This document shows, piece by piece, positions 9,677 to 18,148 of a stretch of DNA of 64,000 nt (the stretch's first letter is position 1; each line of letters opens with the position of its first letter). This stretch comes from Pyrinomonadaceae bacterium. GTDB taxonomy: Bacteria; Acidobacteriota; Blastocatellia; Pyrinomonadales; Pyrinomonadaceae. Below the pieces are notes generated by a model. The model had not been told where the DNA came from, did no database searches, and saw only the letters and a list, made by a program, of their open reading frames with translations. Location of the stretch: positions 7,031 to 71,030 of the forward strand of contig DASVWB010000086.1 in the NCBI GenBank assembly GCA_036389815.1, read 5' to 3'. The translations under genes and the position numbers were made by a program.

Positions 9677-9705
9677 ATCATAGCCGCCTCGCCCAACCGC
9701 GTCAA
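9677..9705 (-). promoter_or_regulatory. Sigma70-like promoter (TTGACG-N17-TATGAT) for the DUF4331 operon
   Basis: On the minus strand: TTGACG (9705-9700), an exact 17-nt spacer, then TATGAT (9682-9677). An A/T-rich tract (AAAATCTTTTTA) lies just upstream. The predicted leader to the ATG at 9524 is about 145 nt. Confidence 0.5.
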
Positions 9706-9781
9706 TAAAAAGATTTTCTTCCGCGGGGGGGCGGGCCCGCGCCGCGCCCGGCTTATAAGGGGGACGCACGCGCGCGAAGCC

Positions 9782-10648
9782 TCAGTCTCCGACGAAGGCC
9801 GCGAGGCGTTCGCCGTAGAGTTCCGCGTCGCGCTCGCCGCGCTCTATGGTCGCCGCCAGCAGGTCGGGGCGCGTGAAGTCCCAGGTGCCGACCGCCAGCC
9901 CCTCGCTCGGCGAGACGTAGAGGCGGCGGGTCGCGTCGTGCTGCCGGCGCGCGCGCGGCGGGGCGGTCAGCAGGACGACCGAGCGCTCGACGCCGGGGTG
10001 TCCTTCGGCCAGGAAGGAGGGGGCCGGGCTGATGATGCCCCCGTCGAGCAGCCTCTCGCCGCGGACACGCCCGACCGGCGTGAAGGGGGGCGTGGCGGAG
10101 GTGGCGACGATGAGGTCGGCCAACTCGTCCGCCGTCTCGCAGCCGCGCGCGTCGAAGACGGCGGGGCTGAAGCCCGCGCGCCGTGCGAACGAAGGCACGC
10201 CCGGCGCGCGGCGGCGCCCGTGGTCGAGGGTGTACGCGCAAAGGCCGAGGGCGGCCGCGGCGAACGCCGGCATGCGCGCGTGGAAGGCGGCCGTGATGAC
10301 GAAGACGGGGAAGGGCTGCGCGCGTATCCGTTCGAGCCCGCCGTCGGCGAAGGCGTAAAGCAGTAGCTCGCGGTAGAGTTCGCCGTGCGGCGTCGGGCGC
10401 CGCCCGGAGAGGAGGCGGCCCCAGTCGAAGTTCCGCGTCAGGCCGCGGCAACGGCCCCGCCAGAACTCGCCGATCAGTTCCTCGCGCCCGCTCAGGAGGA
10501 GCGCGGCGACGCACGCGCCCGCGCTGCACGCGGCCACGGCGCGGACGCGCGGCAGTAGACGATCCCGCCAGCGCCGCATCAGCCCGAACTGGTAGAAAGA
10601 CTTGTTCCCGCCCCCTGCGAAAGTTATCCCTACGTCCCTCTCCCTCAT
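9782..10648 (-). CDS. Patatin-like phospholipase
   Basis: Motifs: GITFAGGGNKS (oxyanion Gly-rich), AACSAGA (GxSxG-type nucleophile elbow) and LLDGGIIS (catalytic Asp-Gly). The track ORF extends to 10840. I prefer the ATG at 10648 (MRERDVGITF...) because the longer form overlaps the divergent gene at 10775. Confidence 0.7.
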   Translation of the reverse strand: MRERDVGITFAGGGNKSFYQFGLMRRWRDRLLPRVRAVAACSAGACVAALLLSGREELIGEFWRGRCRGLTRNFDWGRLLSGRRPTPHGELYRELLLYAFADGGLERIRAQPFPVFVITAAFHARMPAFAAAALGLCAYTLDHGRRRAPGVPSFARRAGFSPAVFDARGCETADELADLIVATSATPPFTPVGRVRGERLLDGGIISPAPSFLAEGHPGVERSVVLLTAPPRARRQHDATRRLYVSPSEGLAVGTWDFTRPDLLAATIERGERDAELYGERLAAFVGD

Positions 10649-10774
10649 GTGCGCCCCGCCGGAATCATCAACCGCCCTCGTGCCGGCACGCCCGTGTGCC
10701 GGCGCCTCAGTTGCGGCTGACAGCTTGTCGCTTCGGCGCACTTCAGTCAACATACAACGCCCGGCGTCATACAT

Positions 10775-11356
10775 TTGGGGGGGAGCGTGAGAGGGCCCGC
10801 GATTTTCGTGATAGATATGCTCAACGACTCGTTCGGCCATCCCGAGCTAGACCGGGTGCGCGCGGCACTCTGTTCGTCCATCAATCAACTGACGGCCCTG
10901 GCGCGCGCAAAGGGCTTCCCCGTAATTTGGGTTCGGCAGGAGTTCGAGCCCGACCTGAGCGACGCCTTTCTGGACATGAAGAGGGAGAATATACGGATGT
11001 TCATCAGGGGCACTCCCGGCCCTCTTATTCTCGACGAGCTGGTGCGCGGCGGTTCCGACATCGAGGTGGTCAAAAAACGGTACAGCATGTTCTACGGCAC
11101 GGGTCTGGAGTCGTTACTCCGGGAGCTTGAGACGGACTCGCTCGTCCTCGCCGGCGTCAACACACACGCCTGCATACGGACGGCGGCAGTAGACGCTTAC
11201 CAAAGAGATTTTCAGGTCACCATCGCCCGCGAATGTGTGGCTTCGAAAGACCCGAGGCATCACGAGGTGACCCTCGATTACCTTGACGGCGGAATCGCCA
11301 CGCTGGTGACGCTCGGCGAACTCCTGAAGCGATTCGGCGCCGAAGACGCCGCGTAA
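10775..11356 (+). CDS. Isochorismatase-family cysteine hydrolase
   Basis: Motifs: AIFVIDMLNDSF, VVKKRYSMFYGTGLESLL and LVLAGVNTHACIRTAAVDAYQRDF (catalytic Cys context). The real start may be the GTG at 10787. Confidence 0.8.
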   Translation: MGGSVRGPAIFVIDMLNDSFGHPELDRVRAALCSSINQLTALARAKGFPVIWVRQEFEPDLSDAFLDMKRENIRMFIRGTPGPLILDELVRGGSDIEVVKKRYSMFYGTGLESLLRELETDSLVLAGVNTHACIRTAAVDAYQRDFQVTIARECVASKDPRHHEVTLDYLDGGIATLVTLGELLKRFGAEDAA

Positions 11357-11520
11357 CAATTCGCCGCGGCCGCCGCCCCGGAGGTTATGCGTCGGCCCTC
11401 AAACCATCCGTCTTGCCGGCCACTCCTCACCGTCCGATCTGTTGACCCCGGCGGCGGCGTCGTCGAAGCCCGTTCGCTATGTGAATTTGACCGTCACCCG
11501 GCGGGTAAGTATCTTGAGCC

Positions 11521-11907
11521 ATGGAAATCACACCCGTACGCACGCAGGAAGCGCCGACGCCGGCGGGGCACTACTCGCAGGCCGTCGTCTACAACGGGCT
11601 GGTCTTCGTCGCCGGGCAGCTCGCCGTTGACCCGCGCACCGGCGAAAAGAGGCTCGGCTCCATCGAGGAGCAGACGGAGCAGGCGCTCAGGAACGTGAGC
11701 GCCATCCTCAAGGCGGCCGGCAGCGACCTGAGCCGCGTGCTGAAGATGACGGTCTACGTCTCGGACATCCAACTGTGGGAACGTGTGAACGAAGTCTACG
11801 CGCGCGTGTTGGGCGAGCACCGGCCGGCGCGCGCCGTTATTCCGACGGGCGAGTTGCACCACGGGTTCCTGATCGAGATCGACGCCGTCGCCGCCACCTA
11901 CGCCTGA
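11521..11907 (+). CDS. RidA/YjgF/TdcF-family reactive-intermediate deaminase
   Basis: 128 aa. Family-typical sequences: APTPAGHYSQAVVYNGLVFVAGQLAVDPRTGE and ARAVIPTGELHHGFLIEIDAVA. Confidence 0.85.
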   Translation: MEITPVRTQEAPTPAGHYSQAVVYNGLVFVAGQLAVDPRTGEKRLGSIEEQTEQALRNVSAILKAAGSDLSRVLKMTVYVSDIQLWERVNEVYARVLGEHRPARAVIPTGELHHGFLIEIDAVAATYA

Positions 11908-11958
11908 CAACTGCACACACACGACGCCCCGCCGGCATGCCCCTCGCGCACGCCGAAC

Positions 11959-12597
11959 CTATTCCTGTTCGACATCCTCCGTAATCAGGCGCGAGAAATC
12001 GTCCGGGGTATCGACGTCCACCTCGCCGCCGGGGAAGGACAGGAAGTGCGCCGCCGCTGCGTGTCTCTTAATGACCTGCTTCGCGCCGGCCGCCCCTTCG
12101 AGCCGCGCCAACTCCGCGAAGAGCGCCCTGCCGAAAAGGGCCGGCACGCCGAAGCCCCCGCCGTACGCCGAGGCCACGACGGGACTCCCCGTGGCGCGGT
12201 ACGCCGCGACGAGCCCTTTGATGACTTCGGCGCTGACGTGCGGCTGGTCGCACAGCATCAGGACGGCCGCGGCCACCTCCGAGTCCGCGCCGACGAGGCC
12301 CTCGACGCCCGCGCGGACGGACGAGGCCATCCCGGTCTCCCAGAGGTCGTTCAACACCTCTACCACGTTCAGCCCGCGCAGCTCGCCTCTAAACTGCTCT
12401 GCGTGCGCGCCGGTCACCACGACCACGGGGCGGCACCCCGCGCCCAGCGCGGCGAGGGCGGCGCGCCTCAGCATGGTCTGGCCGCGGAACCGTAGGGTCT
12501 GCTTCGGGACGCCCATGCGGGAGGACGAGCCCGCGGCCAGGACGACGGCGCCGACTCTCTCATAGTCGCCTTCAACTACCAGAGGCTCATCAACCAC
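11959..12597 (-). CDS. MobA/MocA-like molybdenum-cofactor nucleotidyltransferase
   Basis: VGAVVLAAGSSSRMGVPKQTLRFRGQTML is the NTP-transferase signature of MocA/MobA-like proteins. The track start at 12636 overlaps xdhC by 26 nt. A GTG at 12597 behind a GAGG lies just after the xdhC stop, so I use it. The start remains uncertain. Confidence 0.7.
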   Translation of the reverse strand: MVDEPLVVEGDYERVGAVVLAAGSSSRMGVPKQTLRFRGQTMLRRAALAALGAGCRPVVVVTGAHAEQFRGELRGLNVVEVLNDLWETGMASSVRAGVEGLVGADSEVAAAVLMLCDQPHVSAEVIKGLVAAYRATGSPVVASAYGGGFGVPALFGRALFAELARLEGAAGAKQVIKRHAAAAHFLSFPGGEVDVDTPDDFSRLITEDVEQE

Positions 12598-12610
12598 GTT
12601 ACCTCGGCCC

Positions 12611-13822
12611 TCACGCCGCGGGCCGGTCGAGTTCATCCGTCAGCGGGACGCCCTCGCCGTCACTCGGACGGCCGTGGATTGAGCCACGGCGCTCGCGCAG
12701 CATCCGGCCGCGCCGCCCGTTTAAGACCGCGCGCATCTCGGCGATGATCGACAGGGCGACCTCGGCGGGCGAGTTCGCCCCGATGTCGAGGCCGGCCGGG
12801 GAGTAGAGGCGCTCCCTGTCCTCATCCCCGAGCCGGAACGCCTCGTCGCCCGCCGCCAGCTCACTCAGCATCCGCTCCGTCCGTTTGCGCGGCCCCATGA
12901 CCCCGACGTAGCGTGCGGGCGACGCGAGCAGGAACTTGAGCAGTTCGAGGTCGTGCGAGTAGTTGTGCGACATGAGCAGTGTCAGCGTCCGCGGCGTGAT
13001 GCTCACCCGCGCGCCGACATCTTCGGGGCGCGCGAGCGTGACCCGGTCGGCCGCGGCGAACCGGGAGAGGCTGGCGGCGCGCGCCTGCGGGTCTACGACC
13101 TCCGTCTGCCATCCCAGTCCGCGCGCCAGTTCGACGACCGGCAGCGCGTCGTGCCCCGCGCCGAAAACGACGAGCGGGACGGGCGGGAGGAGCGTTTCGA
13201 CGAAGACTTTCACGTCGCCGCCGCCCGCTTCGTAGAAGCACGTGCCGGGCGGCAACCTTCCGTGCGCGAGCTTCAGCAACTCAAGCTCAAGCGCCGCGGA
13301 CACGGGGGCGCTCAATTTCTCGACGCGCGCGTCCCCGCCCACGCCGTTGAGGAGGCGCGCCGCGTCCAGGGTGCGGGTCGGGGCCGGCGGCGAGCTAGAC
13401 GGGGTGCGCTGGTACACGGTCGCCACCTGTACGGGGGCGGCGTCCCCCTGCGCCTCGCACGACCGCCTCAGCGCCTCGACGTAGAGCGAGCCGGGCGCGA
13501 GCGGCTCGACCAGCACGCGCACGACGCCGTTGCAGCCGAGCCCTAAGCCCCAGGCCATCTCCTCGCCCGTCGAAGCCGTGTCGTACTCGACGAGCACGGC
13601 CTCGCCCGTCAGTATGACGCGCTTCGCGCGCTCGACAACGTCCGATTCGAGGCAGCCGGCGCTGACCGTGCCGGTGCTGCCTCCCCCTTCGCAGACGAGC
13701 ATCCGCGCGCCCGGCCGCCTGTACGAAGACCCTTCGACGCTCACCACGGTCGCCAGCGCGCAACGCTCGCCCCCGCGCGTAGCCGCGTCGAACGCCTCGA
13801 CCAAAGCTCTCACCTCGTTCAT
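12611..13822 (-). CDS. XdhC/CoxI-family molybdoenzyme maturation factor
   Basis: 403 aa with an N-terminal XdhC_CoxI-like region (ALATVVSVEGSSYRRPGARMLV) and a Rossmann-like C-terminal region (LVVFGAGHDALPVVELA). It lies directly downstream of the molybdopterin subunit. Confidence 0.8.
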   Translation of the reverse strand: MNEVRALVEAFDAATRGGERCALATVVSVEGSSYRRPGARMLVCEGGGSTGTVSAGCLESDVVERAKRVILTGEAVLVEYDTASTGEEMAWGLGLGCNGVVRVLVEPLAPGSLYVEALRRSCEAQGDAAPVQVATVYQRTPSSSPPAPTRTLDAARLLNGVGGDARVEKLSAPVSAALELELLKLAHGRLPPGTCFYEAGGGDVKVFVETLLPPVPLVVFGAGHDALPVVELARGLGWQTEVVDPQARAASLSRFAAADRVTLARPEDVGARVSITPRTLTLLMSHNYSHDLELLKFLLASPARYVGVMGPRKRTERMLSELAAGDEAFRLGDEDRERLYSPAGLDIGANSPAEVALSIIAEMRAVLNGRRGRMLRERRGSIHGRPSDGEGVPLTDELDRPAA

Positions 13823-13836
13823 GGCTCGGCGCCCCC

Positions 13837-16053
13837 CTACAGCAGCTTGTCGGGTGTGATGGGCAGGTCGCGCACGCGCCGGCCCGTGGCGTGGAAGACG
13901 GCGTTGGCGATGGCCGCCGGGATGCCGACCATCCCCAGCTCGCCCATGCCCTTGACGCCGAGCGGGTTCACGACCTTGTCGTCCTCCTCGACGAAGACCG
14001 TCTCGACCTCGTGCACGTCGGCGTTGACGGGGACGTGGTAGTGCTGGAGGTTCGGGTTCATGATGCGGCCGTAGCGGTGGTCGATCTCGGTCGCCTCCGT
14101 GAGCGCCATGCCGATGCCCCAGACCACGCCGCCGATCTCCTGACTGTGCGACGCCTTCGGGTTGATGATCTTGCCGCAGGCCGTGACCTCGATGGCGCGC
14201 GTGACGCGCACCTGCCCGAGGTCGGGGTCAACCTTGACCTCGACGAACTGCGCGCCGTGCGCCATCGTCGCGTACTTCTGGCGCTCCGGCGACGGCCTCG
14301 ACTCGAAGGTCTCCGTAACCTCCGTGAGGCTGTTACGCCGCATCACGTCGGGGATGCTGACGGACTTCGACGGGTCGCCCTTGAGCCGCAGCCGGCCGTC
14401 GAGCATCTCCACGTCGGCGGCCGCGGCCCCCTTCAGCGGCGAGGCGGCATCCTGGTTCGCGAGCGTCAGCAACTTGGCGGCGACGGCGAGCGCGGCGCCG
14501 TGCACGGCCGAGCCGACGCTCGACGTGGTCTGCGAGCCGCCCTGCGCCGGCGCGCGCGGGAAGTTCGTGTCGCCCAGCTCGAACCTCACCTGCTCGGGCC
14601 TGTTCCCGAGGTACTCGGCGGCGATCATGGTCATCACCGTGTAGGTGCCGGGGCCGATGTCGCTCGTCGCGCTGGTGACGTGCGCCGTGCCGTCGGCGCG
14701 GTACGTAATCCTGGCGCTGGCGCGACTCTGGAAGGCGCCCCAGACGCCGGTCGCCGTCCCCCACCCGACGAGGAGCCGCCCGTCGCGCATCGAGCGCGGC
14801 TCCATCCTGCGCGCCTTCCACCCGAACTTCTCGGCCCCGAGCCGGTAGCACTCCCTGAGCGCCTTGCTCGAAAAGGGCCGGCCGCTCTCGGGGTCTGTCT
14901 CGGCGTAGTTGATGAGCCGCAGCTCCAGCGGGTCGATCTTGAGCGCGTAGGCCAGCTCGTCCATCGCGCACTCCAGCGCGAACATGCCGGAGACGGCCCC
15001 GGGCGCGCGCATCCACGTCGGCGTCGGGAGGTCGGTCGGGACGATCAGCGTCGGCGCGAAGAGGTTCGGGCAGGCGTAGACCTGTCGCGTGAAGCCGGTC
15101 GTGTTGTCGTTGAACTCCTCGAAGGTCGAGGTGTTGTGCACGGCCGTGTGGATCATCGCCGTGAGCTTCCCCGACGCCTCGGCGCCGAGCGCGATCTTCT
15201 GGATGGTGTAGGGGCGGTGGCCGTGGCCCGTGAACATCTGCGTGCGCGTGTAGACGACCTTGACCGGGCGCCTCAACTCGCGCGCCGCCATCGCCGTCAG
15301 CGCCGGGTAGTAGTTCGGCCTGAGGGACGACCCGAAGGCGCCGCCGACGTAGGGCGAGACGACGTTCACGTCCGCCTCCGGCACGCCGAAGGTCGAGGCG
15401 AGGTGCGCGCGCACGCCGTAGACGTCCTGCGTCTTGTCGAAGATGGTGAGCTTGTCTCCGGCCCAGGCGGCGACGGCCGCGTGCGGCTCCATCGGGTTGT
15501 GGTGCTCGACGGGGATGCGGTACTCGGCCTCGACTTTGACGGGCGCGGCCTTCATCGCGGCCTCGGGGTTGCCGCGGGGCTTGGGCGGCGGCCCCTGCGA
15601 AGGCGCGCGCGCGCTCTCGCGCACGGCCTCCGTGTCGGTCGTGTGCCGCTCCGCGTCGTACGCGACCTTGACGAGACGCGAGGCGTAGCGCGCCTGCTCG
15701 TAGGTCTCGGCGACGACGAGCGCCACGGGCTGCGCGTTGAAGTAGATTCTGTCCGACTGGAGCGCGCGGAAAGACTTGTCCTGCTCCCTCGTGTTCCGCG
15801 GCGGCGCGTACTCCGTGGAAGCCTTCTGGCCGAGCTTCGGCGCGTTGAGGTGCGTGAAGACGCGGACGACGCCGGGCGCGCGCTCCGCCTCGCGCGCGTC
15901 GATGTCCCTGATTCTGCCCTTCGCCACCGCGCCCAGCACGACGAAGCCGTAGGCGAGGTTCGGCGCGCGGAACTCGGCCGCGTACTTCGCCCTGCCCGTC
16001 ACCTTCGCCACGCCGTCGACGCGGCTCATCTCTTTCCCGATATACCTTGGCAT
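13837..16053 (-). CDS. Xanthine-dehydrogenase-family molybdopterin-binding subunit (PaoC/YagR-like)
   Basis: 738 aa. The N-terminus is IGKEMSRVDGVAKVTGRAKYAAEF. Length and motifs (e.g. GGAFGS, GMGELG) are typical of aldehyde oxidase/xanthine dehydrogenase large subunits. Confidence 0.9.
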   Translation of the reverse strand: MPRYIGKEMSRVDGVAKVTGRAKYAAEFRAPNLAYGFVVLGAVAKGRIRDIDAREAERAPGVVRVFTHLNAPKLGQKASTEYAPPRNTREQDKSFRALQSDRIYFNAQPVALVVAETYEQARYASRLVKVAYDAERHTTDTEAVRESARAPSQGPPPKPRGNPEAAMKAAPVKVEAEYRIPVEHHNPMEPHAAVAAWAGDKLTIFDKTQDVYGVRAHLASTFGVPEADVNVVSPYVGGAFGSSLRPNYYPALTAMAARELRRPVKVVYTRTQMFTGHGHRPYTIQKIALGAEASGKLTAMIHTAVHNTSTFEEFNDNTTGFTRQVYACPNLFAPTLIVPTDLPTPTWMRAPGAVSGMFALECAMDELAYALKIDPLELRLINYAETDPESGRPFSSKALRECYRLGAEKFGWKARRMEPRSMRDGRLLVGWGTATGVWGAFQSRASARITYRADGTAHVTSATSDIGPGTYTVMTMIAAEYLGNRPEQVRFELGDTNFPRAPAQGGSQTTSSVGSAVHGAALAVAAKLLTLANQDAASPLKGAAAADVEMLDGRLRLKGDPSKSVSIPDVMRRNSLTEVTETFESRPSPERQKYATMAHGAQFVEVKVDPDLGQVRVTRAIEVTACGKIINPKASHSQEIGGVVWGIGMALTEATEIDHRYGRIMNPNLQHYHVPVNADVHEVETVFVEEDDKVVNPLGVKGMGELGMVGIPAAIANAVFHATGRRVRDLPITPDKLL

Positions 16054-16063
16054 ACTCTCCCCC

Positions 16064-17050
16064 TTAGACCAGACGGGCCGCGCGCATCAGCGCCCGCACG
16101 ACCGCGCGCTTCCCCAGCTCGACCTTGTAGGCGTTGTGCGCCAGCGGCTTCGCGCCCGCGAGCGCCGCGTCGGCGGCCCTTCGGAAGCTCTCCTCCGAGG
16201 CGGGCCTGCCCGCGAGCGCGGCTTCGGCCTCCGCGCTCCGCCACGGCTTGTGCGCCACGCCCCCGAGCACGACGCGCGCTTGCCGGATAGTGCTCCCGTT
16301 CATTTCGAGCGCGGCGGCCACGGCGACGAGCGCGAAGGCGTAGGAGGCGCGGTCGCGCACCTTCAGGTAGTAGGAGTTTTTAGCGAAGGGCGACTTCGGC
16401 AGCTCGACGGCGGTGATGAGTTCGCCGTGCTGGAGGTTGTTGTCCTTCTCGGGCGTGTCGCCCGGCAGGCGGTGGAAGTCGTTGACGGGTATCGTCCGCT
16501 CGCGCCCCTGCGCGCCGCGGACGCGCACGACGGCGTCGAGCGCGTAGAGCGCGTTCGCCATGTCGCCGGGGTAGGTGGCGACGCACTTGTCGCTCCAGCC
16601 GAAGATGGCGTGGATGCGGTTCAAGCCTTCCCTCGCGCCGCAGCCCGTGCCGGGCTCGCGCTTGTTGCACGGCATGGCCGTGTCGTAGAAGTACTGGCAG
16701 CGCGTCCGCTGCATGAGGTTCCCGCCGTTGGTCGCCATGTTGCGCAACTGCCCCGAGGCGCCCGCGACGATGGCCTGCGTCAGCAGAGGGTAGTCGCGGC
16801 GTATCAGCGGGTGGTTGGCCGTGTCCGAGTTCTTAGCCAGCGCGCCGACGGAGACGCCGCCGCCGGCGGCCCTGATCTCCGAGAGCTTCAGGCGGGAAAG
16901 GTCGACAAGCTCGTCCGGGCGTTCGACGTCCTCCTTCATCAGGTCAAGGAGGTTCGTCCCGCCCGCAAGGAACTTCGCGCGCGGGTTCAACGCGACCGCC
17001 TGCGCGGCCGCGCCCGCGTCGCTCGCGCGCGTGTACTTAAACGGTCTCAT
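16064..17050 (-). CDS. Xanthine-dehydrogenase-family FAD-binding subunit (PaoB/YagS-like)
   Basis: Motifs: MRPFKYTRAS..., FLAGGTNLLDLMK and CO-dehydrogenase-flavoprotein-like regions. I prefer the ATG at 17050, which overlaps the upstream stop by 14 nt, over the track start at 17095. Confidence 0.85.
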   Translation of the reverse strand: MRPFKYTRASDAGAAAQAVALNPRAKFLAGGTNLLDLMKEDVERPDELVDLSRLKLSEIRAAGGGVSVGALAKNSDTANHPLIRRDYPLLTQAIVAGASGQLRNMATNGGNLMQRTRCQYFYDTAMPCNKREPGTGCGAREGLNRIHAIFGWSDKCVATYPGDMANALYALDAVVRVRGAQGRERTIPVNDFHRLPGDTPEKDNNLQHGELITAVELPKSPFAKNSYYLKVRDRASYAFALVAVAAALEMNGSTIRQARVVLGGVAHKPWRSAEAEAALAGRPASEESFRRAADAALAGAKPLAHNAYKVELGKRAVVRALMRAARLV

Positions 17051-17864
17051 CGGCTTCCCACTCCTTCCTGACCCGCGCCAGCTCCTCCTCCTCAACGAAG
17101 TGCCACGTCCGCGCCGACTCCCGGCCCGAATGGACTTCCTGGATGGCCGCGACGATCTTCGGGTAGGCGCCGCAGCGGCAGATGTTGCCGCTCATCCGCT
17201 CGCGTATCTCGTCGTCCGAGAGCCGCCCGACCTTCGCCGTCACGTCCTCGGTGACGTGGCTCACGTCCCCGCGCCGCGCCTCTTCGAGCAGCCCGACGGC
17301 CGAGCAGATTTGGCCCGGCGTGCAGTAGCCGCACTGGAAGCCGTCGTACTTGATGAAGGCGGCCTGCACGGGGTGCAGCTCGTCGCCCTTCGCCAAGCCC
17401 TCGACGGTCGTTACCTCCCTGCCCTCGACCGTGGCGGCGAGCGTCAGGCACGACAGCACGCGGCGGCCGTCGACGATCACCGTGCACGCGCCGCACTGCC
17501 CCTGGTCGCAGCCCTTCTTCGTCCCCGTCAGCTCCAACCGCTCGCGCAGGGCGTCGAGCAGCACCATGCGCGAATCGACTTCGAGCGTCCGGGCCGCCCC
17601 GTTGACCTTCAGCGCGACCCTGACGGGGTTCTCCAGGGCCGGGGCCGGGGCGAACACCGCGCCGGGCTCCGTGCCGAGCGCGGCCAGCGCCTGCTCCTTC
17701 TCCAACAGCATCAGGGCGAACAGCCCCATCCCGCCCGCGAGCGTCTGCCCGAGGAACGTGCGCCGCGCCTGCCCGATGTCGATCAGCGCCGGCATCTCTT
17801 TCACGAGCGCCTCCTCGTCGGCCGTCAACTCGGGCCCCGAGCCTTCGTCGAATTCGTCACTCAT
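17037..17864 (-). CDS. Tat-signal (2Fe-2S)-binding subunit of a periplasmic molybdoenzyme (PaoA/YagT-like)
   Basis: A twin-arginine motif (ARRTFLGQTLAGGMGLFAL) is followed by two [2Fe-2S] cysteine clusters (CDQGQCGACTV; CGYCTPGQICS...CRCGAY). An extra ~35-aa C-terminal tail is present. Confidence 0.85.
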   Translation of the reverse strand: MSDEFDEGSGPELTADEEALVKEMPALIDIGQARRTFLGQTLAGGMGLFALMLLEKEQALAALGTEPGAVFAPAPALENPVRVALKVNGAARTLEVDSRMVLLDALRERLELTGTKKGCDQGQCGACTVIVDGRRVLSCLTLAATVEGREVTTVEGLAKGDELHPVQAAFIKYDGFQCGYCTPGQICSAVGLLEEARRGDVSHVTEDVTAKVGRLSDDEIRERMSGNICRCGAYPKIVAAIQEVHSGRESARTWHFVEEEELARVRKEWEADETV

Positions 17865-18086
17865 TTAAGGTTCACCCCCTGACTTGTCCAAAACGGTGAG
17901 CGCGTCCGCTTACCTGCCGGCGTGGCCTGTCCGGCCCGGCCGCCGAGCCCGTCATGATTTGATGGTTGCCGTCGTGTGCCCCGGATAATACCACTCGCCT
18001 TCCGGCGTTGAAATCCGGTGGGGGCTCGGAGGGGCTGCGCGCTCGCCCGAGAGGCGCGAACCGGGGCGGGGCGCGTGACGCGAAAC

Positions 18087-18108
18087 GGGCGGGCCCGGTG
18101 GCCCGCCC
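18087..18108 (-). terminator. GC-rich hairpin downstream of the 383-aa gene (weak U-tract)
   Basis: On the minus strand: GGGCGGGCC-ACCG-GGCCCGCCC followed by GTTTCG. The stem is perfect 9 bp. The T-run is short, so this is only a candidate intrinsic terminator. Confidence 0.35.
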
Positions 18109-18148
18109 GCTCCTCCGCGCCCGCCCGTTCTTCCGCTCCGGGGCCGCG

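Noticed and set aside
13891-16290. 799-aa plus-strand ORF
   Set aside because: It is antisense to the molybdopterin and FAD subunit genes. It has low-complexity Arg/Asp/Leu/Val/Gly composition and no motifs.
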